The notes under the pieces are model-generated. The model ran no database searches, was not told the origin of the DNA, and was given only the letters and a program-made list of their open reading frames with translations. A DNA stretch of 64,000 nucleotides from Paraphysomonas bandaiensis. Taxonomy: Eukaryota; Protista; Chrysophyceae. Below, piece after piece: positions 62,201 through 64,000 of this stretch. The translations under genes were made by a program, and so were the position numbers. Each line of letters begins with the position of its first letter. Position 1 is the stretch's first letter. The stretch covers positions 242,055 to 306,054 of the forward strand of contig CBFFRP010000419.1 in assembly GCA_965644295.1 (NCBI GenBank), written 5' to 3'.

Positions 62201-63301
62201 ACTACTGAGGCGGACTGTATGCTTGATGAGGCTGCAACAGCTGTAAATGACAAATATAAGAACTCCGGTAAGTTATGCCAGCTGGTTCTTCAGTCAAATG
62301 AATCCACTGCATTCAAGGCATTGTTTGATAAGTGGGACCTAAAGCTTGTACAGAGCCCAAAAACGCATGTTTTAAGAAGTGCTTCTATTGCAACGCCATA
62401 TGCGACAGACATTTCTATCACCCAATCTAAACAGCAGTCATCAAGAAGTCTGAATGGAAGTGGACAAACTGAAAAATCAGATTCTAGGAGAAACGGAATC
62501 GTTCGCTCTGAGTCACACACGAATGGGAGTATTTCGAATAAAGAATCAACAGCACAGTCTGCCTCAACAGCTGATAGCAGCAGCAACGTTTTGCATACTC
62601 AGGATACTTCCTCAAGCGAATTAAAGAATATAGGCATCACATCTTCTCCACCAACCTGGGCAAACGCAACTCAACAGAAGGGGCTGGTGGCGGATCGGAG
62701 AGCTATGTTTTCGCGACAGATGTCAAGTCCTGTTATTGGTGTATCCATTCCTGTTCATCGAAAAGATAAAATGAAGGCTGAAAGCGTTGCAGTGAACCCC
62801 GGGAAGCTCATACAGACTCCAGAATCGATAGATAGACAGAGTGGTACGAGCACTGTAGAAAACATTGCGTTTGGACCGCGAACCAGTGGAGCGAGTTTGT
62901 TGGGCCGTTCTCTACCAACTCCGGTTAAAGAAGTCGATTCAGAGTCGACTTCAGGTGATGAACAAGAGCCAGCGGCTGAAAATCGGACTCCCTTATCGCC
63001 CAAAGGGATAGTTGCAGAGCGGCGAGCTGTTTTCTCACACAACTTAAGCGCTGTAGCCCCGTCGTCGTCCACCCCACTCAGGGGTACATCTCTTTCCTCT
63101 ACAACGACTGATGCTTTTAGACAGACCTGCAACAACTCCACTGTAGGGTCCATCAAACCTCTCAATAGTGAAGCCGCAGCCTCATTATCTGCGTTTCAGG
63201 GAAGGAGTCTTGTGGCAGAGCGCCGCGCAGCATACGCAAAAACGAAATCTGTGCCTGATTTTTCGCCGGCCGATGGAAAGTCAAGGAAAATCGTACCGTA
63301 A
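59285..63301 (+). CDS. Gelsolin/villin-superfamily protein with three tandem pairs of gelsolin-like domains, single exon
   Basis: Three copies of [LN.HCAYLIY...QLYVWIG ... LSD.G.F..ECAH.VY.W.G...Q..E...F..LFD.W] at ~59627-60300, 60695-61355 and 61665-62340. Confidence 0.8.
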   Translation: MEFLSEQEQKRVIGIVVKQLKKSDLSGLLQAQREGRVETYVQPYIKAYLERAQRKRPVSMHRAASARYVGSRSKSADSLTLTKSNLSALNRDLTIDSSISVKADFTKPLAHTSTLELYRCLRSTVQYLPHTPGDSLNIHCAYLIYNGLEKQLYVWIGRNCDPIDMDMASNLAPDFFRRKGKTIKPPVTITDCHTTTMDTMDINEKMLWWLMAGTQEVFSGTVAAVVDTALPDPNQAVEIYEFSREPEPCLNLMSKFSVDSSGRCYKMPPSVLSDRGIFVVECAHIVYMWIGRSPTAELMTHQAATTAKVTYSRTSKSIRQIRQGREPMAFKVLFDDWDGPKLRGFNDNTTISSLTSPTASHKVLDTPSSSFMSKLSPGKERTLDDLAADVSSPSRSLRKRPGGLRHSASARYISDRAPSMLTRVNSKTNLALTLSEANINALNEEQKPASAHSHETVAISETTPTSVRSPLKLFRCYKGSVQFTPHSYGDKLNVYCAYLIYSPKERQLYVWIGRFVASDDKSLAAAIAPEYSKKHLKCSSPPVVVRDNDNEESLDAGGKFLWRILTGKKSQHLMPKLDTSVPPSNQSVQVFSFTRDPLPGLQLLGTYDVNDTGRCAKIPRSVLVDTEVIIIQCPGVVYVWLGRSLRLPCMVRESVTTARAVYRTGNRTVQQVRSRRESSVFRSLFEGWVDVAAVSRDDEYVAPFVPSKTISKTTTTSSISPRRRPLKHAVSERNIGIKKNLEADTKEPPVGKRRSALTRRNIDALNRQWNGSESSKTESTSIVVPSAPVGSILRDVPFYRCYKRSVQFFPHRVGDPLNSHCAYLIYHILAHQLYVWIGSDCEVEDYHLAKSTANEMSVIDLKSFKRPVFIKEDDSKGALDGNEKFLWHLLNGDYRLSATGETERNVSSDVPAPNESVQVLSFDPNIPQKFLVVSKYNVDASGRCYRMAPSVLSDKGVFIIECAHVVYMWVGYTTEADCMLDEAATAVNDKYKNSGKLCQLVLQSNESTAFKALFDKWDLKLVQSPKTHVLRSASIATPYATDISITQSKQQSSRSLNGSGQTEKSDSRRNGIVRSESHTNGSISNKESTAQSASTADSSSNVLHTQDTSSSELKNIGITSSPPTWANATQQKGLVADRRAMFSRQMSSPVIGVSIPVHRKDKMKAESVAVNPGKLIQTPESIDRQSGTSTVENIAFGPRTSGASLLGRSLPTPVKEVDSESTSGDEQEPAAENRTPLSPKGIVAERRAVFSHNLSAVAPSSSTPLRGTSLSSTTTDAFRQTCNNSTVGSIKPLNSEAAASLSAFQGRSLVAERRAAYAKTKSVPDFSPADGKSRKIVP

Positions 63302-63769
63302 AGTGTCGAATTGTGAAAATAAGGGCTCAAAGTGGATGTCTTCGATGTAAAGGATCGTCACTATATGTTCTTGGATATTGCTTTGTAGCTAAACTACACT
63401 GCAGTTTCATATACTTGAAACGTAATGGTCACGCGTGACTCTGAAATGGACCACATTTGAAAAGGGCATGTGTGTGTTAGTAGGTGCATATGTAGACGGT
63501 CATCGCGCTAGGATGATGCGTTTGAATTTGCATTGCATTTTTAATTAAAAATAATTTAGAGTGTGCTGAACCTACATAAATTTGAAAAGAGAAGAAAACA
63601 GTGATATAAAGAGTACGATTTCTACACATTACTCACTGAAAACACACATGCTCTTATTACTAGAGTGGATTGTAGTTGCTAAATTTTGCTAGTTGTGAAT
63701 GTCTGATAATAAGTAATAGACGTGTAATAGTCAGAACTAATGTAGCAAACAATTTAACATTAATTTATC

Positions 63770-63830
63770 CTACTATTTTTTGCTACGAAAGCTGCTTATG
63801 CGTCACCAAGATACAACCACTTACGCTCTC
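63770..63830 (-). repeat. Fragment of the shared tail
   Basis: tatcctactatt...gctacgaaagctgcttatgcgtcacc matches 54850-54890. Confidence 0.65.
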
Positions 63831-64000
63831 TGAAGTAAACAATTTCTCATGTTTTTGACGTAATTCACTGTTAAAACTAGCGAGTTACTAGAGTTCCTTG
63901 ATTATGTACTAAACAGGGGGCGATAACAATATATGTTGCCAGCAAAAATAAATAATAATGGTTTTAACCACACTCACCATCACAGCACAAAAAACACAAA

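Noticed and set aside
1-64000. CRISPR arrays, rRNA or tRNA genes, prokaryotic operons
   Set aside because: None seen. The sequence is intron-containing eukaryotic DNA and the repeats lack regular repeat-spacer periodicity.

Overview
Eukaryotic nuclear DNA from a protist, probably a stramenopile or other alga; this is inferred from gene content and short (mostly ~45-60 nt) GT-AG introns. Compact gene islands, mostly head-to-head pairs, alternate with AT-rich, repeat-rich spacers. Recognisable genes: a zf-PARP+PADR1 protein (cut by the left edge), two cyclin-Y-like genes, a TOM2A/tetraspanin-like protein, a Josephin deubiquitinase, a THUMP-type RNA methyltransferase, SPT6, an FkbM-like methyltransferase, ACBP, mitochondrial L43, DPY30, an ERGIC-thioredoxin (PDI-C) protein, a transportin-SR-like importin, a WD40 protein and an unusual gelsolin-repeat protein. 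There is also an orphan WIPI/ATG18 C-terminal pseudogene fragment. The spacers hold a decayed non-LTR retrotransposon (RT, RNase H, CCHC finger), several divergent LINE 3' relics, two hAT-like MITE families and more than 12 pieces of one short non-coding repeat. That repeat is the best candidate for an undescribed system. It has a sharp 5' end that reads as an HDV-like ribozyme-type nested pseudoknot (compensatory changes in P2 and P4, but non-canonical P1 and P1.1), internal ~27-nt subrepeats, and a structured 3' tail shared with the LINE. This suggests a possible ribozyme-headed non-autonomous (SIDE/SINE-like) partner of a LINE family. All calls come from reading the sequence by eye; no searches were run.
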